Shown here piece by piece: positions 1 through 12,697 of a DNA stretch of 64,000 nucleotides (position 1 is its first letter; the number at the start of each line of letters is the position of its first letter). The notes below the pieces were generated by a model. It worked only from the letters and a program-made list of their open reading frames with translations. It was not told the origin of the DNA and ran no database searches. The translations under genes were made by a program, and so were the position numbers. Origin of the DNA: Eledone cirrhosa (lineage: Eukaryota); assembly GCA_964016885.1 (NCBI GenBank), contig OZ024743.1, positions 325,376,001 to 325,440,000 of the forward strand, written 5' to 3'.

Positions 1-330
1 CAGCAGATCGGCCAGTCAGTTTTATGTATACAAGTGATTAATGGCCGGCTTTGCCATAGTCAAATAACTAAGCAATAGTTTTATCGCTCTACATGGCTGA
101 ATACAAGAAATGTAAATCTGAGTTTTCCGAATATTAATGATAATATTCAATTTGTTTGCAATCATGCCAACAGCCTCTTAAGCCATGTGAGTAGAATGAC
201 CTCGTCATTCTTGTTCTTGAGTTAGCATATAAACAGAATGGCAGACACTAATGTTTCTGGGTTATTACTCTTCATCAGCACCGTATACTGTTTACCTGCC
301 AACTATCAGAGCTAGTGAAAATATATGAGT
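1..330 (-). mobile_element. Non-autonomous hammerhead-bearing repeat (Penelope-derived/retrozyme-like), family HH-A, copy 1 (rearranged: 1-75 inverted relative to 80-330)
   Basis: 80-330 is similar to 46078-46320 and to the reverse complement of 14660-14880; 1-75 is the reverse complement of ~46410-46477. Confidence 0.7.
231..293 (-). ncRNA. Type I hammerhead ribozyme fold
   Basis: Minus strand reads AAACAG-tat-ACGGTG-CTGATGA-a-GAGT-aata-ACCC-a-GAAA-CATTAGTG-TC-TGCCAT-t-CTGTTT: conserved core, three stems, GUC cleavage triplet. Confidence 0.65.
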
Positions 331-599
331 GTCTGCCAAAACATAAACACAAGCTACAAAATATACACCTTCTACCCAACCATACCCTTGACCTATTCCT
401 TAAAATCAGGAAAACAATACAGAAATTCTAAACCTCCTTAATGAAATCAGAAACACACACAAACAATCCTAGCTTCTGTCTTTAACTACAATAGTGTTAT
501 AGTATGCTTGACACATTGGAGAATATGGAAAATTTGATAGGTTTTAGAAGCTTCTACAATGTAAATAGGGCTGTGAAAACTGAGGTAACAAGGCAAGCA

Positions 600-1343
600 A
601 TATTTACCATATATACTTATGTAAAAGTCGAAATTTTTAGACAATTTTTTAAGGTTAAATTTATGGGGTTGACTATTATGGATACTATTTTTGAGGGGCT
701 TGAAATGCAAGCTAGAATCCAAAGTACCTTATCAGTAGCAGAAGCCCAACTTATCTCTAAACAAATAAAAACAAAAACACAATGAATTACAGTAATATTA
801 CCAATTCTATACATCAAAACACATGTGCTAGTAAATAAGAAGCATTTGCTGGAGTTCCATGACAGCGCTCTCTGTGAAACATGTTCTCACCATGTAAACA
901 GACAATAAGATGAACATTGGCACATATGTTTATTGTGTTTGGAAATGGGCAAAATATAAATATTGCAGGCTTGTAGCACATCTTGTGCATACATTTTATT
1001 AATGGTGATGTAGCATCCATCAACAGATGTGTAGTGCTTGCTATTATATGAGCATTCCACTACAAGCACTAAGCATTCCAGCTATAGGGCAAGCTATAGT
1101 AAGGTAGACACATGCTTAGGTACAATTTTAGTTTCAGACATGTATTTGCAATAATATAAATTTGCCTTAAATTCATGACGATTTTGTAAGTGTTATTTCT
1201 ACATACAGGATGATACCTTGACCGATAAATGTAGCTTTGTTATTCATGAACAACATGGGTCGACTTTTATAAGAGGTATATGGAAAATTCCAGATTTTTT
1301 GGACAAAAATATGGGGTCGACTATTACTTGAGTATATACAGTA
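600..1343. mobile_element. Degenerate Tc1/mariner-pogo-like DNA transposon remnant
   Basis: Ends in GGGGTCGACTATTACTTGAGTATATACAGTA (reverse complement TACTGTATATACTCAAGTAATAGTCGACC, a pogo/Tigger-like TIR with TA); subterminal GGGTCGACT motif recurs near 665, 1258 and 1315. Left boundary uncertain. Confidence 0.45.
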
Positions 1344-1440
1344 TTAGTCCCAATACATTTTGGATAAGATATCCATTTTCAAAAGAGTTGTTAAGAAAGT
1401 TAAGATAGTGGTATTCATCATCATTATCATCATCATTGGC

Positions 1441-1632
1441 AAGGGCGGTGGATTGGCAGTATCGGTAGAGGGTCGGACACCATGCTTTGTAGCACAGTTA
1501 CAGTCCTTTATCGTCTGAGTTCAAATCCCGCCGAGGTTAACTTTGCCTTTCATCCTTACGTGGTCGATAAAATAAAGTACCAGTAATACACTGGGATAAT
1601 TGCTGGCTTGTGCCAAAAGTAGAAACAATTAT
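1441..1632 (+). mobile_element. tRNA-derived SINE, family A
   Basis: GGCGGTGGATTGGCAGTATCGGTAGAG head, B box GAGTTCAAATCCC, core GCCTTTCATCCTTAC..GTCGATAAAATAAAGTACCAG, tail GTGCCAAAAGTAGAAACAATT; about 10 copies in the window. Confidence 0.85.
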
Positions 1633-2250
1633 CATCATCAACATCATAATTTTATATCCCCTTTCTATGCTAGCATTGGACAAGCTGTTATGGACTAAAT
1701 CCAAATGGGTGGAACAACCAATCTTGTTCATTTCATTCTATATTTGGCATGATTTCTATGGCTAGGTGCCCTTCCTAATGCCAACCACCTTACAGAGTGT
1801 GCTGGGTGCATTTTTCATGACATCAGAATGGGTGCATTCTTCATGACACTAGTACTCACACTGGACTGGATGCATTTTATTATGCCAAACTGACCTATAT
1901 TGTCACCATTTGACTTTGTTTACCAAACCATGTAGCCTCCAGTCTCTCATCATATTTACTTTTAGTTTCATAGTGCTTATACTGGTGAGCCTTTTGCATT
2001 ATGGCAGATAACCAGTCACTGTTATACAATATTATTTATATTTGTAACTTATTAACTACTCATATCAACACTGTGAGTAAGAGAAGTAGCTGAGTTAAAA
2101 AAACAACTAAAATAAACTAACTTAAAATTAAGGTATGTGTTGTCATCAGGAAGAGTATCTGTCCATAAAAACCTGCCTCAAAACATCTCATCCCAACCCA
2201 TGCAAGCATGAAAAGGGTGAACATAAACAATAACGATGATGATAATGATA

Positions 2251-3760
2251 TACAATATTTCCCATCATCAAAGATGCTTCGCCCTCGAGATCACACCCCA
2301 ATTTTGACAACCAAAAATTTGAAAAAGTATAATAAACGTAAAAATAAGTCTTGTTATTAATATTTGCTAGTAAACCCTTTTAACATACCACAGTCTTATT
2401 TCTTTTGTCACTTAATGATGTTCCCTCAAAACTGGGTGGTTTTGAAGAAAGTGAAAATACCAGCAAAATTATACACAACATGTTTTGACGACATTGGATG
2501 GCAACAGGCCACTTTACCTGTCAGGTATGGTGGCCTTGGCCTCCGGTCCCCGATCTCGCTGGCTTTGGCGACATATCTTTCGTCGGTAACCTCGTACCGC
2601 GTTCTCGTCAGCAGGGTTCTTAAAAACACAATAGAACCCTCTGTGTTCAGAGAACGTGAAGCCGCCTGTGAGACGTGGGACCGACTGGGACTTAGCCCAG
2701 TAGACGTCCCTCCTCCTCCTCCCCCTGTTGACGTCAAGTCCCCTCAAAGCACTTGAGATGCCATCCAGTGCAGCCTGGCCTCAGACAGGCTCATGCGCCA
2801 GCTCGACCAGCACCGCCTTGCTGCTTTCATGCGGTCTCCAAACCCCACAGTGGTGCCTGGCTCCATGCCCTGCCCTCCTTCTCCACTGGCACGCAGCTAG
2901 ACAACCATAGCCTGCGAATCAGCGTTTCCCTAAGGATCTGCGAGCCACATCAATGTCGCTGCGGAGCCACCGTGGACTCTTTCGGCCTCCACCCGCTTTC
3001 CTGTCGCCACAGTGTCGGCCGCCTTCCACGCCATGCTGCCCTCACTGAGGTCATAAAGCATGGCTTGGACCCTGCGGGCTTCCCTTCCCAGCTCGAGTCG
3101 GTGGGGCTGGCGGCCCGAGTGGATGGCAAATTGCCAGATGCATGACCATCTTCCCATTCTGCGGTGGCAAACCCCTCGTCTGGGATGCCACTTGCACCGA
3201 CACTTTCTGCAGCCGCAACCTGGTGCAGTCTGCCACTAACCCAGGTTCTGCTGCACGTCGGGCTGAGGAGGCCAAGCTCCTCAAATACCGGTCGCTCTCC
3301 GACAGGTTTGCGGTTGTATCCCTGGCAGTGGAGACTTCTGGTGTCCACCGCGTAACATTCCATATTTAGGTATCCAGATTAATGGTTATTAGGGTATTAT
3401 ATTAAACATTTCATACACTTATCAAAGGAGTGCTTAATTATTGAATATATAAACTGCTACTGTAAAAATATCACTCATCAGTTGCCTTGTCTACCATACT
3501 CTGCCCATATAGGAATTAACTTTTGTTGATTGCGTATATATTGTTTAATTTTTTGTTTATTTACTACTTTAACTAAGTATAATTTATACACTTCATTGAG
3601 AGGTCATATATAGTAGTTCAGATTATTGTCTCGCATAGATAATTTTCCTCTGGGGTTAGGATATGCCTATGAGAAACGCAACCTTTGGCCTTCAAAATGC
3701 ATGATGAATTTCCAAGGTTTATTTTAGGAAAAAATAGCGTCTTTGATGCCAGAAAATATG

Positions 3761-3763
<3 letters not shown>
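2251..3763. mobile_element. Putative pogo/Tigger-like TIR element hosting a LINE fragment
   Basis: Left TACAATATTTCCCATCATCAAAGATGC versus reverse complement of right end TACCATATTTTCTGGCATCAAAGACGC; TA at both ends. Confidence 0.5.
2480..3350 (+). mobile_element. Fragment of a restriction-like-endonuclease non-LTR retrotransposon (CRE-like), frameshifted
   Basis: GC-rich island; peptides QATLPVRYGGLGLR (RT thumb), GAWLHALP, CRCGATVDSFGLHPLSC..GRLPRH (zinc knuckle), DGKLPD..T..P..GKPLVWDATCTDT (PD-(D/E)xK-type nuclease) spread over three frames. Confidence 0.75.
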
Positions 3764-3795
<32 letters not shown>

Positions 3796-4001
3796 TTAAA
3801 GTGGTGTTAGTGCTAGTGCCATAATAAAAGTGGTTAGCCTTAGGAAAAACATTCAGCTGTAGAAACAATACCAAATATAAGATGTAAGAATCAAGATATA
3901 GCCCACCAACCATTCTAGTGACAGACTTAGTGAGCGATCCAACCCATGCCAGTATGGAAAGCAAACATAAAATGATTATAATGTATATATATATATATAT
4001 A

Positions 4002-4834
4002 TATCTTATTTTGTTTGACCCGTTTAGCTTGTTTGCTTTTTTGGCTCTGGTAGTTAATGGCTTCTTAACCATCGTCTCACTTTGTATGACCTTTTTAACT
4101 TATATTTATAGCTCTGGTATCTTCTTCTTCATATCCATGGAGCGCTTGTCTGCACAATACGGAAGTTGCGTTTCGCTAATTTCTACCCACCGAAATGCGA
4201 TTCTCGCTAAATTTATATTTGTATTAATCTCCCAAGTCAAGCGATTAACCAGTAAATTGTTGTGGCTTTTTAGTTAATTCTATTGACTGATTAATCGCTT
4301 AAGTTTATTTTAAAAACAACTCGGTCGAGAGCTTTATTCGTTTTGTGCTACTTTTGCAAATTTTTGCAATAACTACACATACTGAATTCACTGGCCAAAA
4401 GAGGGGTTTTCTCCCTTTAGAACCTCACATGTGCTTTCATAACCTGTGAGATTCTGGCGCACGAAGAGCAAAATGCCTGTTGAGAAAGCGATGCCTTGTT
4501 CGATCATTATACCAAAAGCTTATTTTTTATAAGCAGACAGTATTATTGATTTAGGTGTTGCAGAAACCCAAATTCGGAGTATTCCATCTTCCCTGAGGGT
4601 CCAGGTAACTATTTCAATCATATCTTATTTTGTTTGACCCGTTTAGCTTGTTCGCTTTTTTGGCTCTGGTGGTTAATGGCTTCTTAACCATCGTCTCAGC
4701 GTGTATGACCTTTTTAACTTATGTTTATAGCTCTGGTATCTTCTTCTTCATATCCATGGAACGCTTGTCTGCACAATACTGAAGTTGTGTTTCGCTAATT
4801 TCTACCCACCGAAATGCGATTCTCGCTAAATTTA

Positions 4835-4840
<6 letters not shown>
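4002..4840. repeat. ~840-bp element bounded by ~220-bp direct repeats, between (TA)n tracts
   Basis: 4002-4220 is about 95% identical by eye to 4620-4840 (TATCTTATTTTGTTTGACCCG...GATTCTCGCTAAATTTATATTT). Confidence 0.75.
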
Positions 4841-4866
<26 letters not shown>

Positions 4867-5409
4867 ATCATCCTCATTTTACATATGCATTCTAACTAAT
4901 GCTAGTGTGGTAGATGGACGTTAAACGATGATGATGATGATGATGATATATATTATCCTTATTTTACAAATGCATATATATATATGTAATATATGTAATA
5001 TATATATCATCATCATATATATTTACCATTTTTATGTGACTTTTATTGTTTACACTTTATATTGTTGCTGTTTAATTTGGCGTTGTTTGTTATTGTTCCA
5101 TTTCAATGTCTATTGTCTGGATGTGTAGACTGAAATAGCTAGTCTTATATTTCATGGGAACAGTCTCATGTTGTTTAGTTCTGGTTATTATTAGTCAGTG
5201 TAGTTGGCTGGGTTGATTATAATGTAATAGAATATGGTATAGTGTACTAAGCTGGGATACGTAGCTGTTCTCTCAAGGACGAATAATATAATCACAGCTG
5301 GATACAAAACTTTGGTTAGCCTCTCATTTATTTCGAATTTGAAAAAAGTAAATATGTAAATAAATAAAAAATGTTTATGTGAAATTGTGTGTTGAAACAG
5401 GTGTGGTTG

Positions 5410-5670
5410 TATTTTGGGTGGATCATGCTGCTAATTAAAACACATACATTAGTTGAGTTTCACTTCAGTCTTATTAATCAGAAAAGATGGAGTAATGAAG
5501 AGAGGACACATAAAGCAATAGTCATAAAGCAATAGACTCAGGTTATAATGAAAGGACTTTGATGATTAGTTAGTTAGTTGACTGATAGATTAATTACCTG
5601 ATTAATAAAACTGAAGTGAAATTAAACCAGTGTGTCTGTATATTGTTTGGTAGCATGACCCTTCCTAAAT
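5410..5670. mobile_element. Foldback/MITE-like inverted repeat
   Basis: TTTCACTTCAGTCTTATTAATCAG pairs with CTGATTAATAAAACTGAAGTGAAA; outer arms ATCATGCTGC / GTAGCATGAC. Confidence 0.55.
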
Positions 5671-6004
5671 AATTATCTCTTAGTAAATGTTTCGGGATGC
5701 TGAATTCATTGATATATTTATTATTGAACTTAGAAAAATGTAAGTAAAATTGACTCTTGTGGGACGTGAAGCCAAAGTATTGCTATGTTCTGTAATATGC
5801 CTTTAGGTAATCTGCCAACGTAGTTGTATATCATTCTAGTTGTAGCAATTACAAATGAGATGATAGATAAATCAAAGTACGAGTTCTGGGTGGTGGATTG
5901 GTGGAATCATTATAGTATCAAATGAAATACTTTGCAGTACTTGTTCCAATTCTTTATATTCCGAGTTCAAATCCTGCTGTAGTCTTCTTAGGTGACCTAT
6001 CACC

Positions 6005-8969
6005 TAACACCACCACCACCGCCACCTAACCCATAGGTGGTAGACTTAATACATCACCCAGTTTAACACCATCACCTGGTTCTTGGGTAGTAAACTTAAT
6101 ACATCATCCAGTTTAACACCACCACCTGATCCTTGGATAGTAAACTTAATCTATCACCCTGTTTAAATACCACTACCTGATCCTTGGATAGTAAACTTAA
6201 TACATCACCCAGTTTAACACCATCACCTGACCCATAGGTGGTAAACTTAATATATCACCCTGTTTAACACCACCACCTGGTCCTTAGGTGGTAGACTTAA
6301 TCCATCTCCCAGTTTAACAACACCACCTGGTCCTTAGGTGGTAGACTTAATCCATCTCCCAGTTTAACACCACTACCTGACCCTTAGGTGGTAGACTTAA
6401 TCCATCACCCAGTTTAACACCACCACCTGACCCTTAGGTGGTAGACTTAATCCATCTCCCAGTTTAACACCACCACCTGACCCTTAGGTGGTAGACTTAA
6501 TCCATCACCCAGTTCAACACCACCACCTGGTCCTTAGGTGGTAGACTTAATCCATCTCCCAGTTTAACACCACTACCTGGTCCTTAGGTGGTAGACTTAA
6601 TCCATCACCCAGTTTAACACCACCACCTGGTCCTTAGGTGGTAGACTTAAACCATCTCCCAGTTTAACAACACCACCTGGTCCTTAGGTGGTAGACTTAA
6701 TCCATCTCCCAGTTTAACACCACTACCTAACCCTTAGGTGGTAGACTTAATCCATCACCCAGTTTAACACCACCACCTGGTCCTTAGGTGGTAGACTTAA
6801 ACCATCTCCCAGTTTAACAACACCACCTGGTCCTTAGGTGGTAGACTTAATCCATCTCCCAGTTTAACACCACTACCTAACCCTTAGGTGGTAGACTTAA
6901 TCCATCACCCAGTTTAACACCACCACCTGGTCCTTAGGTGGTAGACTTAATCCATCTCCCAGTTTAACACCACCACCTGACCCTTAGGTGGTAGACTTAA
7001 TCCATCACCCAGTTTAACACCACCACCTGGGCCTTGGGTGGTAGACTTAATCCATCTCCCAGTTTAACACCACTACCTGACCCTTGAGTGGTAGACTTAA
7101 TCCATCACCCAGTTTAACACCACCACCTGACCCTTAGGTGGTAGACTTAATCCATCACCCAGTTTAACACCACTACCTAACCCTTAGGTGGTAGACTTAA
7201 TCCATCACCCAGTTTAACACCACCACCTGACCCTTAGGTAGTAGACTTAATCCATCACCCAGTTTAACACCACTACCTGACCCTTAGGTGGTAGACTTAA
7301 TCCATCTCCCAGTTTAACACCACTACCTGACCCTTAGGTGGTAGACTTAATCCATCACCCAGTTTAACACCACCACCTGGGCCTTGGGTGGTAGACTTAA
7401 TCCATCTCCCAGTTTAACACCACCACCTGACCCTTAGGTGGTAGACTTAATCCATCACCCAGTTTAACACCACCACCTGGGCCTTGGGTGGTAGACTTAA
7501 TCCATCTCCCAGTTTAACACCACCACCTGACCCTTAGGTGGTAGACTTAATCCATCACCCAGTTTAACACCACCACCTGGGCCTTGGGTGGTAGACTTAA
7601 TCCATCTCCCAGTTTAACACCACCACCTGACCCTTAGGTGGTAGACTTAATCCATCACCCAGTTTAACACCACTACCTGACCCTTAGGTGGTAGACTTAA
7701 TCCATCACCCAGTTTAACACCACTACCTGACCCTTAGGTGGTAGACTTAATCCATCACCCAGTTTAACACCACCACCTGACCCTTAGGTAGTAGACTTAA
7801 TCCATCACCCAGTTTAACACCACTACCTGGTCCTTAGGTGGTAGACTTAATCCATCACCCAGTTTAACACCACCACCTGACCCTTAGGTGGTAGACTTAA
7901 TCCATCTCCCAGTTTAATACCACCACCTGGGCCTTGGGTGGTAGACTTAATCCATCTCCCAGTTTAACACCACTACCTGACCCTTAGGTGGTAGACTTAA
8001 TCCATCTCCCAGTTTAATACCACCACCTGGGCCTTGGGTGGTAGACTTAATCCATCTCCCAGTTTAACACCACTACCTGACCCTTAGGTGGTAGACTTAA
8101 TCCATCACCCAGTTTAACACCACCACCTGGGCCTTGGTTGGTTGACTTAATCCATCACCCAGTTTAACACCACCACCTGGTCCTTAGGTGGTAGACTTAA
8201 TCCATCACCCAGTTTAACACCACTACCTGACCCTTAGGTGGTAGACTTAATCCATCACCCAGTTTAACACCACTACCTGACCCTTAGGTGGTAGACTTAA
8301 TCCATCACCCAGTTTAACACCACCACCTGGGCCTTGGGTGGTAGACTTAATCCATCACCCAGTTCAACACCACCACCTGGGCCTTGGGTGGTAGACTTAA
8401 TCCATCTCCCAGTTTAACACCACTACCTGACCCTTAGGTGGTAGACTTAATCCATCACCCAGTTTAACACCACTACCTGACCCTTAGGTGGTAGACTTAA
8501 TCCATCACCCAGTTTAACACCACTACCTGACCCTTAGGTGGTAGACTTAATCCATCACCCAGTTTAACACCACCACCTGGGCCTTGGTTGGTTGACTTAA
8601 TCCATCACCCAGTTTAACACCACCACCTGGTCCTTAGGTGGTAGACTTAATCCATCACCCAGTTTAACACCACTACCTGACCCTTAGGTGGTAGACTTAA
8701 TCCATCACCCAGTTTAACACCACTACCTGACCCTTAGGTGGTAGACTTAATCCATCACCCAGTTCAACACCACCACCTGGGCCTTGGGTGGTAGACTTAA
8801 TCCATCTCCCAGTTTAACACCACTACCTGACCCTTAGGTGGTAGACTTAATCCATCTCCCAGTTTAACACCACCACCTGGGCCTTGGGTGGTAGACTTAA
8901 TCCATCTCCCAGTTTAACACCACCACCTGGGCCTTGGTTGGTTGACTTAATCCATCACCCAATTTAACA
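6005..8969. repeat. 50-bp minisatellite, ~59 units, with an internal hairpin
   Basis: Unit GTAGACTTAATCCATCACCCAGTTTAACACCACCACCTGACCCTTAGGTG; degenerate at the left edge; ACCACCT/AGGTGGT stem in each unit. Confidence 0.95.
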
Positions 8970-9226
8970 GCTGGCCCCTGGATGCCTTTAACAGAGTCTT
9001 CTATCCATCCCACCTTACTCAGAGACCTCTTCTTACTCTGCAATTTAATATTTCTTGACTACTATCTTGATTTGCTGTCTTCCTAGTCTTTGAAATATGA
9101 ACACATCCTCCTCCTCCTCCTCCTCCTCCTCCTCCTCCTCATCATCATCATCATCATCATTATCATTATCATCATCGCTGTCATTGTCGTCATCGTTGTC
9201 ATCATCATCATTATCACCATTATATA

Positions 9227-9616
9227 TGGTGGATTGGCAATATCCAGTATCGGTAGAGGGTCTGACGCCAAGCTTTGCAGCTAAGAGTTACCTCCCTTTA
9301 TGATCTGAGTTCAAATCCCGCTGAAGTTAACTTTACCTTTCATCCTTACGAGGTCGATAAAATAAAATACCAGTAATACACTGGATAATTGCTGGCCTTG
9401 TGCCAAAAGTAGAAACAATTATAAGGGCAGTGGATTGGCAGTATCAGTAGAGGGTCGGATACCATGCTTTCCAGCATAGAGTTACGCCCCTTTATGGTCT
9501 GAGTTCAAATCCCGTCAAGGTTAACTTTGCCTTTCATCCTTACGGGGTCGATAAAATAAAGTACCAGTAATACACTGGTTAATTGCTGGCCTTGTGCCAA
9601 AAGTAGAAACAATTAT
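9227..9616 (+). mobile_element. Two tandem family-A SINEs
   Basis: Head, B box, core and tail at 9227-9421 and again at 9423-9616; flanked by (CCT)n/(CAT)n. Confidence 0.85.
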
Positions 9617-9634
9617 ATATATGTATATAATCCC

Positions 9635-9669
<35 letters not shown>

Positions 9670-10104
9670 CTATCATCATCATCATGTCTGTTTTATGTCT
9701 GCTTTTTCCTGCTGCCATAAGTTGGACAGGTCATCATAGACCAAACCAACACACAGTTAGAGCTACTGGTGGGCCAAGGGTTGCTACAGAGGTGGGCCAA
9801 GGGTTGCATTTCATGTCTATTCCAACACTTTACAGAGTGTATTTTTTTCTCTTCAAAATGACTGACTGAATACACGTTTTTTCTTGAAAAATTATTTTTT
9901 AATGTTTCCTCCCAATTCTCAATCTTTATCTTTCTATTTCATCTTTTATTTCTCATTATATTTTCTGATGAAAGATAAATGTTCAAAACTTTAAGACTCT
10001 ATGTCAAGCATTAAGCTAATATATTTCTTCATTGTGCTGTGTCGTTTGCTTTGTTATATATATATTGTATTGTTTATTATACATTAAATTATATCATCAT
10101 TTCA

Positions 10105-10599
<495 letters not shown>

Positions 10600-11449
10600 T
10601 GTATAATAAACAATACAATATAATTACCTCATTACCAGAGGTTTCCCGAATAAGACGAATACAAGAAACGTCCTCATTCGTTCGTCAGACAAGGTAATTT
10701 AAAACAGTGAAATATTTGAAAAATCTCCTCTTGAAAAGCAAAAGTTTAATGGGCAAAAAAAAATATATAAATAAAAATAATGCAGGAGATATATAAAAAT
10801 AAAATAAGGAAATATAGTTAGGGTATGTGTATAAATGTGTGTATATTCACTCACAAATGTACATATGTGTTTATGTACAAATGCATGTGTATAGTGAAAA
10901 TGTGTGCATAAGGACATATATGAGGGCAAGCATATCAGTGTATGTGTGACTACAAATACCTATATAATATATGTTGAAAAAGAAATTGTAAGATAATAGA
11001 GTTAACGTACATTCAGACTCAGGTACTAAGGATTGAAATATATACACATACACGTATGAAAGCACGCGTATAAACACACACACACGTGCAACCACATACA
11101 TGCAAGTGATATATACAGGAAAGGGAGTGTATCAGTCAAAGCTGAAGGTCGATACATATATAAAAAATATAAAATATGGAAATGAAAAAATGAAAAATAT
11201 ATGAGAATAAAAAAATTAAATCAAAGAGAAAGTAAGAGGGAGGGGTTATCAATTATAAAGTAACAATAGAAAAAATAGAAAACATACATAAGTTCGTACG
11301 TACACATATATATATATAAATATATATATAAAAATACATACAGACAAAAGCACATACATGCGTACATACATACAAAGGCACGCATACATACACACGAAGC
11401 ACATATATATATACATACATGTACATCTAATCACATGCACGCATGCAAC

Positions 11450-11481
<32 letters not shown>

Positions 11482-11503
11482 TACACATACATATATATAT
11501 ATA

Positions 11504-12694
11504 CTAGCATTAAAGCCCAGTGTTGCTCTGGGTCATTAAGTTACCAAAGTTAGGTTGCACCACCCATTTTATGGCAGCACTTTTTTGTCTGCCAGGCACT
11601 GGGTGAATGAATTGCAGACCCGGAAGCATGAGCTGCGCCAGCAGTGACAATTGTAGTTTCGCCTATGGATATTATCTCTGTGCAAAAAAGTGTTGAAATT
11701 TATTGTTTCACAGTACTTGCGCAACACACGCGTAGACGATGCCAGCCAAACAACAGAGCTGCGATGGAGTTGTTCTGCATGGTTGTCTGTGTGTTTTCTA
11801 AATTTAAGACAGTAGGGAGGGTTGTGATATGAGGGAGAGTTAGCTGTTGTTTCTAGCAGGTTTAGTGACCTCATAGAGGATATGTGTTTTCTAAATTTAA
11901 GACAGTAGGGAGTGGTGTGATATGAAGGAGAGTTAGCTGTTGTTTCTAGGAGGTTTAGTGACCTCATAGAGGATATGTGTTTTCTAAATTTAAGACAGTA
12001 GGGAGTGGTGTGATATGGGGGAGAGTTAGCTGCTGTTTCTAGCAGGTTTAGTGACCTCATAGAAGATATGTTTTCTAAATTTAAGACAGTAGGGAGGGGT
12101 GTGGTATGGGGGAGAGTTAGCTGCTGTTTCTAGCAGGTTTAGTGACCTCATAGAGGATATTATTGTTTATCATTATCTATAAAAGGCAGATTGTTGTTGT
12201 TGTTGTTGAAGTGAGTGTGTGTTTGTATGCGTTTGGAAAAGAGGTTTTAAAAAAGATTTATCGTTTTTTGTTGAATAAATGTATCTGTTGCTTTTGAATA
12301 ATTGTCGTTTCATATGAAATGTAATAATTTGAAGTATAAAAGAGAAAGTAGCAAAATGTGTGAGTGGTAGATAGAGGGAAGTAGATGATATGACAGAGTA
12401 ATACGGACAGTATCACCATCAAGCTTGGAAAGAGAAAGTAGCAGAAAGTATGAAGTTGTATAGATTTTGAATGGTAGTGGAAAGAGTTTAACAGTTTAAA
12501 TGACAGAGAAAAATCGTAAAATATTGAGTTTTTTATCTATTTTTTGCGTAATTGTGGGTGAAATTGAAAAAATTATCTGCGTCAAGAAGCAATCGAAACT
12601 ATTTCGAATACTGAATGGTAAATTTCAATTGAAGAAATTCTATATCGTAGATTTCTATAACGAAGGAGCTTGACCACACACTGAGCTTTATAGA
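11504..12694 (-). mobile_element. Non-autonomous Helitron, copy 1
   Basis: Minus strand starts A|TC(TATAAAGC) and ends in a GC hairpin (CCCAGAGCAACACTGGG) 8 nt before CTAG|T; contains a 93-bp tandem repeat x4. Confidence 0.75.
11789..12158. repeat. 93-bp internal tandem repeat (x4; ~x3.4 at 12983-13298)
   Basis: Unit TGTGTTTTCTAAATTTAAGACAGTAGGGAG...GTTTAGTGACCTCATAGAGGATA; explains the repetitive ORFs 11569..12060 and 12763..13161. Confidence 0.9.
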
Positions 12695-12697
12695 TTA

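Noticed and set aside
486-1069. Short ORFs at the window start
   Set aside because: No domain similarity; largely within a degenerate DNA-transposon-like region
6005-8969. Coding repeat or telomeric array
   Set aside because: The 50-bp period is not a multiple of 3 and stops recur; TTAGG occurs once per unit, not in tandem
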